Origin: an uncultured Bacilli bacterium
Lineage (GTDB): Bacteria > Bacillota_I > Bacilli_A > RF39 > UBA660
Assembly: GCA_947629375.1 (NCBI GenBank)
Contig: CANRDN010000008.1
Location: forward strand, 1,389 to 65,388
Direction: 5' to 3'
DNA length: 64,000 nucleotides
A program made the position numbers and the translations under genes. Each line of letters starts with the position of its first letter. Positions within the stretch are counted from its first letter, which is position 1. The notes beneath the pieces are model-generated. The model was not told the origin of the DNA. It did not search any database and saw only the letters and a program-made list of their open reading frames with translations. Shown here piece by piece: positions 54,689 to 63,813 of the stretch.

Positions 54689-55960
54689 ATGATTGTTTAT
54701 GCTTTAGCGTTATTTATATTTACTTATGTTTTGATGTTTTCTTTTTCAAAATATAAGTCTTATATTGCCCTTGGGTCAGCTCTTTTATTTGTTATACTTG
54801 GGTTCCTTCCAGTAGATAAGATAATTGCAAGTATCGATTTTAACGTTTTACTTATGATTTTTGGAACGATGGGTACAGTTAGCTTGTTTGTCGAATCAAG
54901 AATGCCTAATATGCTTGCCGATATAATTATTAAAAAAGCTACAAATATTAAGAACTTAACTATTACTTTAGCTTTGTTTTCAGCAATAATTTCGGCATTT
55001 ATCGACAATGTTGTAACGGTTCTTATGTTAGTACCAGTAACTCTTGAAGTTGCTAAAAAAATAGAAGTGTCCCCAGTACCAATTGTCTTTGCTATATCAA
55101 TATTTTCTAATTTGGAAGGTGCTGCTACACTAGTTGGAGACACTACATCTATCTTACTTGCTGGTGCTATGGATATGAACTTTATGGATTTCTTCTTTTA
55201 TCAAGGAAGAATTGGTTTATTCTTTATCGTACAGATTAGCTTAATAGCAGCAACTCTTGTATTGTATTACATAATAAGAAAGAAAAATAGAAAAATAGAA
55301 GATTGCAAAGTCCAAAGGGTTAAAGATTATGTTCCAACTATATTACTTGTTATGACAGTTCTAACTTTGATAGGAGCATCCTTTATTCCAAATACACCTG
55401 ATTTAATAAATGGTTATATCTGTGTCTTTTATTTCTTGCTTGGTCTATTTATTAAACTTATTAGAACTAAAAAAGTTAAAGCAGTTCTTAAGACATTTAG
55501 AGAGATTGATTTTGAAACTTTGTTACTTCTTGCCAGTTTATTTGTAATAATTGGAGGTATAAAGGAAACAGGTGCAATCGATAAGATAGGAGAGTTCTTT
55601 ACAACAATTGGTACTAATAATGCCTTTATTATGTACACTTTGATTGTAGTTATATCAGTTCTTGTATCAGCCTTCATCGATAATATTCCATATGTTGCTA
55701 CAATGTTATTTGTAATAGGTTCTATTTCGGAAGCCTCAGGAATTCCTGCAATTCTTCTATATTATGGCTTGATAGTGGGATCAACTCTTGGTGGAAATAT
55801 AACGCCGATTGGAGCAAGTGCCAATATAACCGCAATTGGACTATTGAAACGAAATGGTTACAGAGTGTCCAATAAAGAATACTTTAAATATAGTATTCCA
55901 ATTTCTATAATAGCCATCCTAGTAGGTTATGTTATGAATATATTCTTATTTTTGTTATAA
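54689..55960 (+). CDS. ArsB/NhaD (CitMHS/SLC13-like) family anion permease
   Basis: 423 aa with about 11 TM segments and the duplicated motif FIDNVVTVLMLVP / FIDNIPYVATML typical of this superfamily. Confidence 0.7.
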   Translation: MIVYALALFIFTYVLMFSFSKYKSYIALGSALLFVILGFLPVDKIIASIDFNVLLMIFGTMGTVSLFVESRMPNMLADIIIKKATNIKNLTITLALFSAIISAFIDNVVTVLMLVPVTLEVAKKIEVSPVPIVFAISIFSNLEGAATLVGDTTSILLAGAMDMNFMDFFFYQGRIGLFFIVQISLIAATLVLYYIIRKKNRKIEDCKVQRVKDYVPTILLVMTVLTLIGASFIPNTPDLINGYICVFYFLLGLFIKLIRTKKVKAVLKTFREIDFETLLLLASLFVIIGGIKETGAIDKIGEFFTTIGTNNAFIMYTLIVVISVLVSAFIDNIPYVATMLFVIGSISEASGIPAILLYYGLIVGSTLGGNITPIGASANITAIGLLKRNGYRVSNKEYFKYSIPISIIAILVGYVMNIFLFLL

Positions 55961-55961
55961 G

Positions 55962-55983
55962 GTGACTTAGGTCATCTTTTTAT
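55962..55983 (+). terminator. rho-independent terminator
   Basis: GGTGAC-TTAG-GTCATC hairpin followed by a T5 run. Confidence 0.55.
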
Positions 55984-56088
55984 TTGATGTAAACTTATAA
56001 AAAAAAGAATGTCAAAAATTGACAATCACATATGAGTAACCTTATAATTAAAATAAGAATAGTGTAGATGGTTATTGGAAGTGAAGAG

Positions 56089-59085
56089 ATGAATAATAAC
56101 AAGTTAAAAAAGAATAAAAAATTAACTTTAAAAATATTTATTATCGTAATTTTATTTGTTACTCTTGGAGGTCTATTAATTGAGACTAAGACAGGATTTT
56201 TTTCAACGGTTACTCGTAAGTTTTTAAATAGTTTAGGTATTTATACAGAAGGAGTAAAAGAAGTTGAGTTTGAATCAGATGATTTTAGTTCTGGTGCTGG
56301 TGGAAGTTACCATATAAAAAAGAGTGCCGATTGGACAGCATTATCAACTGCAACAATTCACTTTGATGTAGAAACAACAGTACAAAGCCATTACTTGCAT
56401 AGAGATGTTGTATTTGTTTTTGATACTTCATCAAGTATGCTTGGCTTAAGAATGGCAGAAGTAAGAGAAGAAGGCAACGAACTTGTTCCAAAAATCTTAG
56501 AAGACAAAGATAGTAGAATTGCTTTTATAACTTTTGATAAAGATGCTAAGTTAATAACGGATTTCACAAATGATGAAAGAATGCTTCTTGATGAGATCAA
56601 TAAACTTGAAGCCAATACAGTAGATGGAACAACAAACTACTATGATGGATTAAAGAAAGCAGAAGAAATATTAGAGGGTTATACACAAAAAGATGATACT
56701 GAATTAGTTGTACTTTTCTTAACAGATGGACTTCCAAATGTTAACACACCAAATCAAATTGCAGAGTATCAAAAATTAAAAATAAAATATCCATTTATGA
56801 GAGTATGTGGAATCCAGTACGAAATGGGTGAAACAATAATGTCTCAAATTAAAGAAATAAGTGATGAACAATTTGAAGCACATTTAAATGATTTACATAA
56901 TGCAATGTTTGATGCAGCTTTTTCACCAATGGCCTATGATACTTTTGAAATAACAGATTATATAGATAACGATTATTACACAGTAGAAGATGATACAAAG
57001 ATAAAAACAACAAAGGGTACAGCTACCTTACAAGTAGAAGGAGGAAAACAAAAAGTTGTATGGCATTTCAATAAAGGAGAACTTCACTCTGGAAATGAAG
57101 TTGAAATGGATATCGATGTTAAAATTAATAATAACTTAAAAGAAAAACCAGGATATTATCCAACTAATGAAAATGTTGAAGTAAAAAGTACTATAGATGG
57201 TAAGAACAACAATACAACTTTTTCAAATACACCAATATTACAACACGGCTATAAAGTAAAGTATGAAAGTAATATGCCAAGTGGATGTTCAAGTAGCTTT
57301 TCAAAAGAAGAAACACACTACGCTTTTGAATCAGTAAAAATTGAAGGAGAAAATTTAACTTGTAAAGATTATCTGTTTAAAGGATGGAAAGTAAAAGAAG
57401 CTGTACAAATGGTAAATGATGAAACCTTTGTAATGCCACAAAATGATGTTATAGTGCGTTCTTTATGGACAAACTTCGGATTACAGAAGAGTATGGAAGG
57501 AACGATAAATGAAAAATTAACATTGTATCGAGCAGTAGCAAAACAAGCTGTACCAGATAATGAAAAAAGTGAATTTACTGGATCATCTGGAATCAATTTC
57601 AATCAAAATTCTTCTGATACGAATGGTAAAGGCGTCTATACAATTGCTGATACATTAGGTGAAAGATATCCAATTCATTACTTTAGAGGAGAAGTTAATA
57701 ACAATAATGTAATCTTTGGAGGGTTCTGTTGGCAAATAGTAAGAACGACAGAAACAGGTGGAGTTAAATTAATTTATAATGGAACACCACTTAATAATCA
57801 GTGCCCTGAAGGAAGAACAAATGATGAAAGAATAATAAAAAAAGCAGCCTTCAATAAAAACTATAACTCACCAGCATATGTTGGATATAAGTATGGAACT
57901 GCTTATACATATAAAGAAAAAGTTATGGATATAACAGGTCTTACAACAGGACATTCAAAAACAATTACTGGTGGTATGACAGAAACAAATTATTGGTATT
58001 CAGATACAGTAACATACGACCCTGTAACTGGAATGTATACACTAGAGAATCCAACACAAAAATTTTGGTCAGATACATATAGAGAAAATCAGTTTAAATA
58101 TACTTGTCTAAGTGATATAGAGACAAGTTGCAGTCCAGTATATTATGTTATTGCAACTGCAAATAGTAGTATGTCAAAAACTGAATTAAAAAACGGAGAA
58201 ACAGCTGATGAAGTAGGTAGTGCCAAAATCATATATGGAAATGATGTAACATATGAAGATGGAACTTACAAACTTACGAATACTTTTGAAGGTCTTGTTG
58301 GTAGTGCTCAAACTGAATATCAAAAAATAGCAGGAGCAAATGGATATCATTATACTTGCTTTAGTGATAAAGATACTTGTAGTACAGTAAGTTATATATA
58401 TTATGCTGAAAGTATAACTAATAGTGGCATTCCTCAAATTAGTGCTTATTACATAGACCTGGAAAATGGCAAGAAAATAGATGAAGCACTAAAAGAGATG
58501 ACAACAGAAAGTGACAATTCAACACCATCTAACATAATGACTGAAATAGATAAGTGGTATGAAGAAAATTTGAAAGGCACTTATGGAAGTATGCTAGAAG
58601 ATACAATTTGGTGTAATGATAGAACAATAAGTGATTATGGTGGCTTGGACAAAGATGGTGATGGTGTATCTAAATCTTTGTACTTTTCACCTTATGCCAG
58701 AAGAAATTCACAGCCGTCACTTACTTGTAGTAATCCAAATGATAGATTTACTGTTAGTGGTGAGGTAGGAAATGGCAAATTAACTAACCCGGTTGGAACA
58801 ATAACGATGGATGAAGCACGATATGCTGGTGCATATAGTACAACGACAAACAAAACATATTACTTGTATACTAACGGGTCCTACTGGCTTGCGTCCCCTT
58901 ATAACTTCTACCACAGCGGCGCTAGCGAGTTCTTCGTGCATTCGAATGGCAGCTTGTACTACAACTACGTGTACACCTCTTCGTACGGCGTGCGTCCTGC
59001 CGTTTCACTTAAACCTGGCACATTGTACTCATCAGGGGATGGAACACCTGAACAACCATATATTGTTGATTTACAAGATTATTAA
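56089..59085 (+). CDS. N-terminally anchored surface protein: vWA domain + Listeria-Bacteroides repeat + C-terminal WLxSP...GVRP (lectin-like) module
   Basis: TM segment LKIFIIVILFVTLGGLLI. vWA MIDAS motif DVVFVFDTSSSM with LFLTDG. A YLFKGWKV repeat. A C-terminal YWLASP....YGVRPAVSL motif. The start could be 56068 or 56089 (purine-rich RBS). Confidence 0.8.
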   Translation: MNNNKLKKNKKLTLKIFIIVILFVTLGGLLIETKTGFFSTVTRKFLNSLGIYTEGVKEVEFESDDFSSGAGGSYHIKKSADWTALSTATIHFDVETTVQSHYLHRDVVFVFDTSSSMLGLRMAEVREEGNELVPKILEDKDSRIAFITFDKDAKLITDFTNDERMLLDEINKLEANTVDGTTNYYDGLKKAEEILEGYTQKDDTELVVLFLTDGLPNVNTPNQIAEYQKLKIKYPFMRVCGIQYEMGETIMSQIKEISDEQFEAHLNDLHNAMFDAAFSPMAYDTFEITDYIDNDYYTVEDDTKIKTTKGTATLQVEGGKQKVVWHFNKGELHSGNEVEMDIDVKINNNLKEKPGYYPTNENVEVKSTIDGKNNNTTFSNTPILQHGYKVKYESNMPSGCSSSFSKEETHYAFESVKIEGENLTCKDYLFKGWKVKEAVQMVNDETFVMPQNDVIVRSLWTNFGLQKSMEGTINEKLTLYRAVAKQAVPDNEKSEFTGSSGINFNQNSSDTNGKGVYTIADTLGERYPIHYFRGEVNNNNVIFGGFCWQIVRTTETGGVKLIYNGTPLNNQCPEGRTNDERIIKKAAFNKNYNSPAYVGYKYGTAYTYKEKVMDITGLTTGHSKTITGGMTETNYWYSDTVTYDPVTGMYTLENPTQKFWSDTYRENQFKYTCLSDIETSCSPVYYVIATANSSMSKTELKNGETADEVGSAKIIYGNDVTYEDGTYKLTNTFEGLVGSAQTEYQKIAGANGYHYTCFSDKDTCSTVSYIYYAESITNSGIPQISAYYIDLENGKKIDEALKEMTTESDNSTPSNIMTEIDKWYEENLKGTYGSMLEDTIWCNDRTISDYGGLDKDGDGVSKSLYFSPYARRNSQPSLTCSNPNDRFTVSGEVGNGKLTNPVGTITMDEARYAGAYSTTTNKTYYLYTNGSYWLASPYNFYHSGASEFFVHSNGSLYYNYVYTSSYGVRPAVSLKPGTLYSSGDGTPEQPYIVDLQDY
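58873..59006 (+). other. compositional island with DGR variable-region-like codon pattern inside the 3' end of the vWA gene
   Basis: Own count: 72 G+C in the 132 nt 58873-59004. Of the 44 codons, none ends in A, 24 end in C and 25 are adenine-free. All 23 adenines are at codon positions 1 or 2. A 21-nt A-free run spans 58986-59006. Confidence 0.5.
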
Positions 59086-59090
59086 AATTA

Positions 59091-59131
59091 AATAGTGAAG
59101 CTATGCCTTTATGGTGTAGCTTTCCACTATT
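59091..59131 (+). terminator. strong hairpin downstream of the vWA gene (no clear U-tract)
   Basis: AATAGTG/CACTATT (7 bp) plus AAGCTA/TAGCTT (6 bp) with a 2-nt bulge and a 13-nt loop, starting 6 nt after the stop codon. Confidence 0.4.
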
Positions 59132-59206
59132 ATTAATGGTAGATGAAAAAAGTAATATTTTTCTAGTATTACTTTTCTTGGTTATCATTACGAAAGGATG
59201 ATGTTA

Positions 59207-60988
59207 ATGAAAAAATGGACTATTATAATGCTATCGATTCTAGTATTAGGTTACATATTTTTTCGCCCAACAATTGCCGAAATATTAGAAGATGGAGTAG
59301 AAGTAAAAGAAAATACTGAATTAATTTATTATTTAGATGTTACTTATGACGGAGTGGATGTAAATGGAATAGAATCTACTGGTAGTAATCTACCAAATGT
59401 CTATAGTGATTATATCTATGTCGAAGATAAACTTCCTGAAGGACTAACATTTACTGGATTTAAAACTTCAGAAGATGGAAGTATTGGCGCAGTAAGTAAA
59501 AATGACCCTGATACACCGTGTCTTGGGTATGTCGTAGATGGAGTAGATGGATTAAAATACAATAATAGTACAAGAACTGTTTCATTTACTGTTAAAAATC
59601 TTCAAGCAGGATGTAAGTTAACTGTAGGAATTAAGACAACAACACCAAATATAAATGACCCAACAACTTCTGAAACGGAAGTAAGAAGGGACTTTTATAA
59701 TACGGCAACTGCAACAGAAGAGGATAAAACAGAAAACTCAAATACTGTACACGTATGGATGGGAAAAGAATCATTAAAAATGTATTCAGTAACATATAAG
59801 TATGCAGAAGGAAGTCCTGAAAATGCACCAGAACTTCCACCTATATCAAGTTATGGTGATGGTTCTATTGTAGGACTAGAAAAAGATCCGATACTCGAAG
59901 GATATAAGTTTAATGGATGGAAAACATCTGATGTTGCGGTAGTAGATGGTAAATTTACAATGCCAAAACAAAATGTAACATTCGAAGGGAGCTTTACAGC
60001 AATTCCAAAATATCGAGTAAGTTATAAAATAGATGGAGAATTTCCAAGTGGTTATGTTTTACCAAGTACTAAAGAATATTATGAAGGTTCAATGGTAACC
60101 CTAGATGTCTTAAAAGCAGGCGATGTACTAAACGATTATAGATTCCTAGGCTGGGAAACAAAAGATGGAGTTATATTAAATAGTGAAAAAGCTTTCTCTA
60201 TGCCAAATAAGAATGTAGAGTTTGTAGGTAAATTTGAAGAAATTTCTTACAAAGTTGAATATAAATTTCAAGGAAGCGTTATGCCACCTAGTGCTAGTTC
60301 ATTACTTCCTGCAGTTAAACAATATAAACCAGGTGAAAAAGTAAAACTTGAAAAAGATCCAGTAGCATCTGATTACAATTTCTTAGGGTGGTATTATGAT
60401 AAAGAATTTGTAATGCCTGAACAAGATATAACAATATATGGAGAATGGGAAAAACTGCCTGGTATCTTTAATTTATCAATTACTAAATCAATAATAGATG
60501 AGAAGCCTTCATATGAAAATGGCGACGAAGTTAGCTTTGAAATTGAAGTAAAAAATGAAAATGATTTTGCTGTATCAAATGTTGTTATACAAGAGCAAAA
60601 TGAAAAGGCATCATTGGTAGAAGATGTGGAAGATAGTACTTATACTTTAGATTCAGATCATATTGCAACAATACCAATATTAGAAGGAAATCAAATTGTT
60701 ACGATAAAAGCAGTATATAAAGTTGACGAAAATGACAAAGGAATAATAGATAGCACTGCAGAAATAATAGGTGCAGAAGTAGAAGGTAAAACTCTAAACC
60801 CTAATGGAAACTACAAGGCAACACAAATGTTTAAGGTAGATGTCAAGGAAAAGCCAAAAGATGATAATCCGAATACTTATGATGCAATTATGGAAAATAT
60901 CTTTGTATTAGTTATTTCAGTTTTAGGTCTTGCAGGAGTAGTATTCATATTCTTGTATGTTAATAAGAAAAATAAAAACAAAAAGTAG
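59207..60988 (+). CDS. cell-surface adhesin: pilin-like/DUF11-type Ig-fold domains + 4 Listeria-Bacteroides (FxGW) repeats + C-terminal hydrophobic anchor
   Basis: Signal peptide. Repeats YKFNGWKT, YRFLGWET, YNFLGWYY, each with a (F/V)xMP motif. C-terminus NPNTYD + IFVLVISVLGLAGVVFIFLYV + NKKNKNKK resembles a sortase sorting signal with a non-canonical motif. Confidence 0.75.
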   Translation: MKKWTIIMLSILVLGYIFFRPTIAEILEDGVEVKENTELIYYLDVTYDGVDVNGIESTGSNLPNVYSDYIYVEDKLPEGLTFTGFKTSEDGSIGAVSKNDPDTPCLGYVVDGVDGLKYNNSTRTVSFTVKNLQAGCKLTVGIKTTTPNINDPTTSETEVRRDFYNTATATEEDKTENSNTVHVWMGKESLKMYSVTYKYAEGSPENAPELPPISSYGDGSIVGLEKDPILEGYKFNGWKTSDVAVVDGKFTMPKQNVTFEGSFTAIPKYRVSYKIDGEFPSGYVLPSTKEYYEGSMVTLDVLKAGDVLNDYRFLGWETKDGVILNSEKAFSMPNKNVEFVGKFEEISYKVEYKFQGSVMPPSASSLLPAVKQYKPGEKVKLEKDPVASDYNFLGWYYDKEFVMPEQDITIYGEWEKLPGIFNLSITKSIIDEKPSYENGDEVSFEIEVKNENDFAVSNVVIQEQNEKASLVEDVEDSTYTLDSDHIATIPILEGNQIVTIKAVYKVDENDKGIIDSTAEIIGAEVEGKTLNPNGNYKATQMFKVDVKEKPKDDNPNTYDAIMENIFVLVISVLGLAGVVFIFLYVNKKNKNKK

Positions 60989-61012
60989 AAAGTATCGTTT
61001 TGATACTTTTTT
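60989..61012 (+). terminator. rho-independent terminator
   Basis: AAAGTATC-GTTTT-GATACTTT hairpin followed by a T run. Confidence 0.65.
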
Positions 61013-61065
61013 CTTTACTTTTAATATTACCATCTATATAATAAAAACTAATTTTAGGAGATATT

Positions 61066-62337
61066 ATGAACAAATTAAAAATTAATAAAAAAGCAATTTC
61101 TTTAATTCTTGCAGGTGCTATTGGTTTAGGTGGTATTTCTTTAAATAAAACAGTGGCAGAAGGAAATAAAACATATATTATGACGACTACTAAAGTTAAC
61201 TTAAGAACTGATAGTAATACAGATAGCAAGATTATAACAACCCTTAATAATGGGGATATTATTGAATCTGTTACTCTTCTTCCTAATGGCTGGTACGAAG
61301 TAATCTATAATGGACAGACTGCTTATATTTGTGGGGATTATGTAACACCTTTAGATAATAGTATAGAAAAAGGTTCTAATATAGTTATTGCAAATGATAA
61401 TGTGAGAGTTAGAAGTACTAATTCAACAGATGGAGAAATTTTAGGCCTTTTAGAAAAAGGAGATTCTTTGCAGTATGTAGGTACAACATCAAACGGTTGG
61501 TACGAAGTAAAATATAAAGGAAATACTGCCTATATATCAAGTGACTATGCTGATTTATCAAAAGAAGAGTTACAAGTAGAAAAGAAAAATATTATAATTG
61601 CAAATACAAGTGTCAATATAAGAGAATTACCCACAACTGACAGCAGGAAACTAGGTCTTTTAAACGAAGATAACTCTCTTGAGTTTATAAGAAAACTTGA
61701 TAATAATTGGTATGAAGTTTTATATGACGGAGGATACGCCTATATAAGTGGTGAATTTGTAAGAGAAAGTACTAAAGATGTCGTTGGAAACAAAGTATAT
61801 AAATTAGTGTCTATGAAAGAAGATAGTACGATTTATAAAGATAAGTATTTTACAGAACCACTTTGCGATATACCTAAATATGAACTTGCTAATGTCTTGT
61901 GTGGTGGTGATAGTTACTACCTAGTAACATCAGAAAATGGAAGTGGTTATATTAAAAGAGGAGTTACTGAAAACCTTGGCGATGTTGCAGTCGTTGTAGA
62001 TGTTAGCTCTCAACTTTTAACTTTGTATAAGGACGCTGAACCATTCCACACGGCATCAGTAGTTACCGGAAAAAACTCAATGCCAACAGATATTGGATTA
62101 TTCCAAATAAATAGAAAAATGAGAGATTATTATATGTCTTCCTACGATGTTTTTGTAAGTTTCTGGATGCCTTTTAGTGGTGATCAAGGATTGCACGATG
62201 CTTCTTGGAGAAAAGAGTTTGGTGGTAATATCTACAAAAAGAATGGAAGTCACGGATGTATCAACCTTCCATACGAAACAGCAGAAACAGTTTACAATAA
62301 TGTAAAGAAAGGAACAAAAGTTCTCGTTAAAAATTAA
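61066..62337 (+). CDS. L,D-transpeptidase (YkuD domain) with three SH3b domains
   Basis: Signal peptide. Three copies of NGWYEV.Y.G.TAYI...Y (SH3b). C-terminal GLHDASWR.....GSHGCINLP catalytic motif. Confidence 0.85.
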   Translation: MNKLKINKKAISLILAGAIGLGGISLNKTVAEGNKTYIMTTTKVNLRTDSNTDSKIITTLNNGDIIESVTLLPNGWYEVIYNGQTAYICGDYVTPLDNSIEKGSNIVIANDNVRVRSTNSTDGEILGLLEKGDSLQYVGTTSNGWYEVKYKGNTAYISSDYADLSKEELQVEKKNIIIANTSVNIRELPTTDSRKLGLLNEDNSLEFIRKLDNNWYEVLYDGGYAYISGEFVRESTKDVVGNKVYKLVSMKEDSTIYKDKYFTEPLCDIPKYELANVLCGGDSYYLVTSENGSGYIKRGVTENLGDVAVVVDVSSQLLTLYKDAEPFHTASVVTGKNSMPTDIGLFQINRKMRDYYMSSYDVFVSFWMPFSGDQGLHDASWRKEFGGNIYKKNGSHGCINLPYETAETVYNNVKKGTKVLVKN

Positions 62338-62373
62338 TACTTATGATACAATTATCTTAATAGGAGATAAGGT

Positions 62374-62646
62374 ATGCAAGAAGAATTAGAAAAGGGAAAA
62401 TTTATTCTTAATGAAAATGGTGAAGAAAAAGAATATACGACGATTCTTACTTTTTTGAATAAAGAAAATGGTAAGAACTATGTTGTATATACTGATGAAA
62501 CTAAGGATGAAGATGATAATATAAATTTATATGCTTCTAGTTACGACCCTAATGATAGTGGATTTCATCTTTACGATGTTTTAAGAGATGATGAATGGAA
62601 CAAAATTAATCAAGTATTAAATAATTTAATATCAGGTGGTGAGTAA
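62374..62646 (+). CDS. DUF1292 family protein
   Basis: 90 aa, acidic. NGEEKEYTTILTF...NGKNYVVYTDE....NLYASSYDP fits DUF1292. Confidence 0.7.
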   Translation: MQEELEKGKFILNENGEEKEYTTILTFLNKENGKNYVVYTDETKDEDDNINLYASSYDPNDSGFHLYDVLRDDEWNKINQVLNNLISGGE

Positions 62647-62647
62647 T

Positions 62648-63067
62648 ATGACAGAAGAAGTAACTTATGTAAATAAAGAATTTTTACAAGAAAAAAGTAA
62701 AGGAGAAATGACTTTTAAAGAGTTAATGGCACGTAATAAAGGAAAAATTGCCACAGCACTTACTTTTTTTGCTACAAATAAAGCTGCAGTTTTCTTAGGT
62801 GGAATAGAACAGGACGGGTTTATGTACTGGCTTGGACAACAATCAATTAAGTATCCAGCCCTTGCAGGTCTAATTAAAACTTCTGCTGGCGTTGTTTCCG
62901 TTGCGTGGAATGCTCTTGTAGCAAATCCTAATCTTTGTGCCTTAGTAATAACGGCTTTAATATCTTTTGGGGCTGTTGTTAAATGGGGTATCCATAAAAT
63001 GAAATTAAAGCATCAACAGAAAAAAGGTGTAGTATTAAAAACAAATGAAAAAACAAGAGAACTATAA
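62648..63067 (+). CDS. membrane protein
   Basis: ATG 62648 follows a GGTGGTGAG RBS. Contains 2-3 hydrophobic segments. Confidence 0.5.
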   Translation: MTEEVTYVNKEFLQEKSKGEMTFKELMARNKGKIATALTFFATNKAAVFLGGIEQDGFMYWLGQQSIKYPALAGLIKTSAGVVSVAWNALVANPNLCALVITALISFGAVVKWGIHKMKLKHQQKKGVVLKTNEKTREL

Positions 63068-63081
63068 AAATAGTTCTTTTC
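63058..63081 (+). terminator. rho-independent terminator
   Basis: AGAACTAT-AAAA-ATAGTTCT hairpin followed by a T run. Confidence 0.6.
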
Positions 63082-63130
63082 TTTGACTTAAATCACTATA
63101 ATCTATATAATATTCAAAGGAATGAGGTTT

Positions 63131-63781
63131 ATGGTGAAAAATAGAGAAGATTTTGAATTACATTTATATGAGAAAATTGGCATAAAGCACTTCAAAACTT
63201 TTGTTTTAAAACTTAGAGATTTGTTGCTTTATCGTTCTGCTAGCAAGATGACTGATGAAGAAAGGCACGACTTTTTGAACTCTCAATCTAACTACAATAT
63301 TGGTAAGATTAATAGTATGGAAGATGTAGTTAAATTTAAAAAAATGCTTTATTTAAACGCTTCAATTCACTCTCTTGCAATGATTCCTTGTCTATTTTCT
63401 CTTATAAATGGAATAAATTTATTCTTTATATTGTGTACTATCATAAATCTTTATTGTATTATTCTACAAAGATATAATTGTATTAGAGTAAATAAAATAA
63501 TTAAAAAGATGACACCACACTATGAAAGACAAAGAAATGAAGTTAAAGAAGAACTAGAAAAAGATGATGCTCTACTAGAAGAACATACTTATAAAAAAGT
63601 ATCAAGGAAAAATGAGATTCCTATAACTCTTGAAGAAATAATAAATAACTCTAGTATTGAGGATTTAAAAAAATATCGAGAATCTCTAAAAAAATATCTA
63701 GAAGAAGAAAATCAAGAAGAGTTAGATAATACTTTTGGAAGTAAAAAATTAAAATTAGAATTCAAATCGAAGGGAAATTAA
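63131..63781 (+). CDS. membrane protein with C-terminal charged coiled region
   Basis: Two central TM segments (ASIHSLAMIPCLFSLINGINLFFILCTIINLYCIIL). ATG 63131 has better spacing from the AAAGGA RBS than 63122. Confidence 0.5.
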   Translation: MVKNREDFELHLYEKIGIKHFKTFVLKLRDLLLYRSASKMTDEERHDFLNSQSNYNIGKINSMEDVVKFKKMLYLNASIHSLAMIPCLFSLINGINLFFILCTIINLYCIILQRYNCIRVNKIIKKMTPHYERQRNEVKEELEKDDALLEEHTYKKVSRKNEIPITLEEIINNSSIEDLKKYRESLKKYLEEENQEELDNTFGSKKLKLEFKSKGN

Positions 63782-63813
63782 AGTATAATAAAAGTATAAG
63801 AAGGAGAGTTTTT

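Noticed and set aside
58811-59095. 94-aa + strand ORF in an alternative frame overlapping the end of the vWA gene
   Set aside because: It is open only because the adenine-poor, GC-rich island removes stop codons. It has no RBS, and its low-complexity Thr/Ala/Cys/Leu sequence looks like a by-product of the island's composition rather than a gene.
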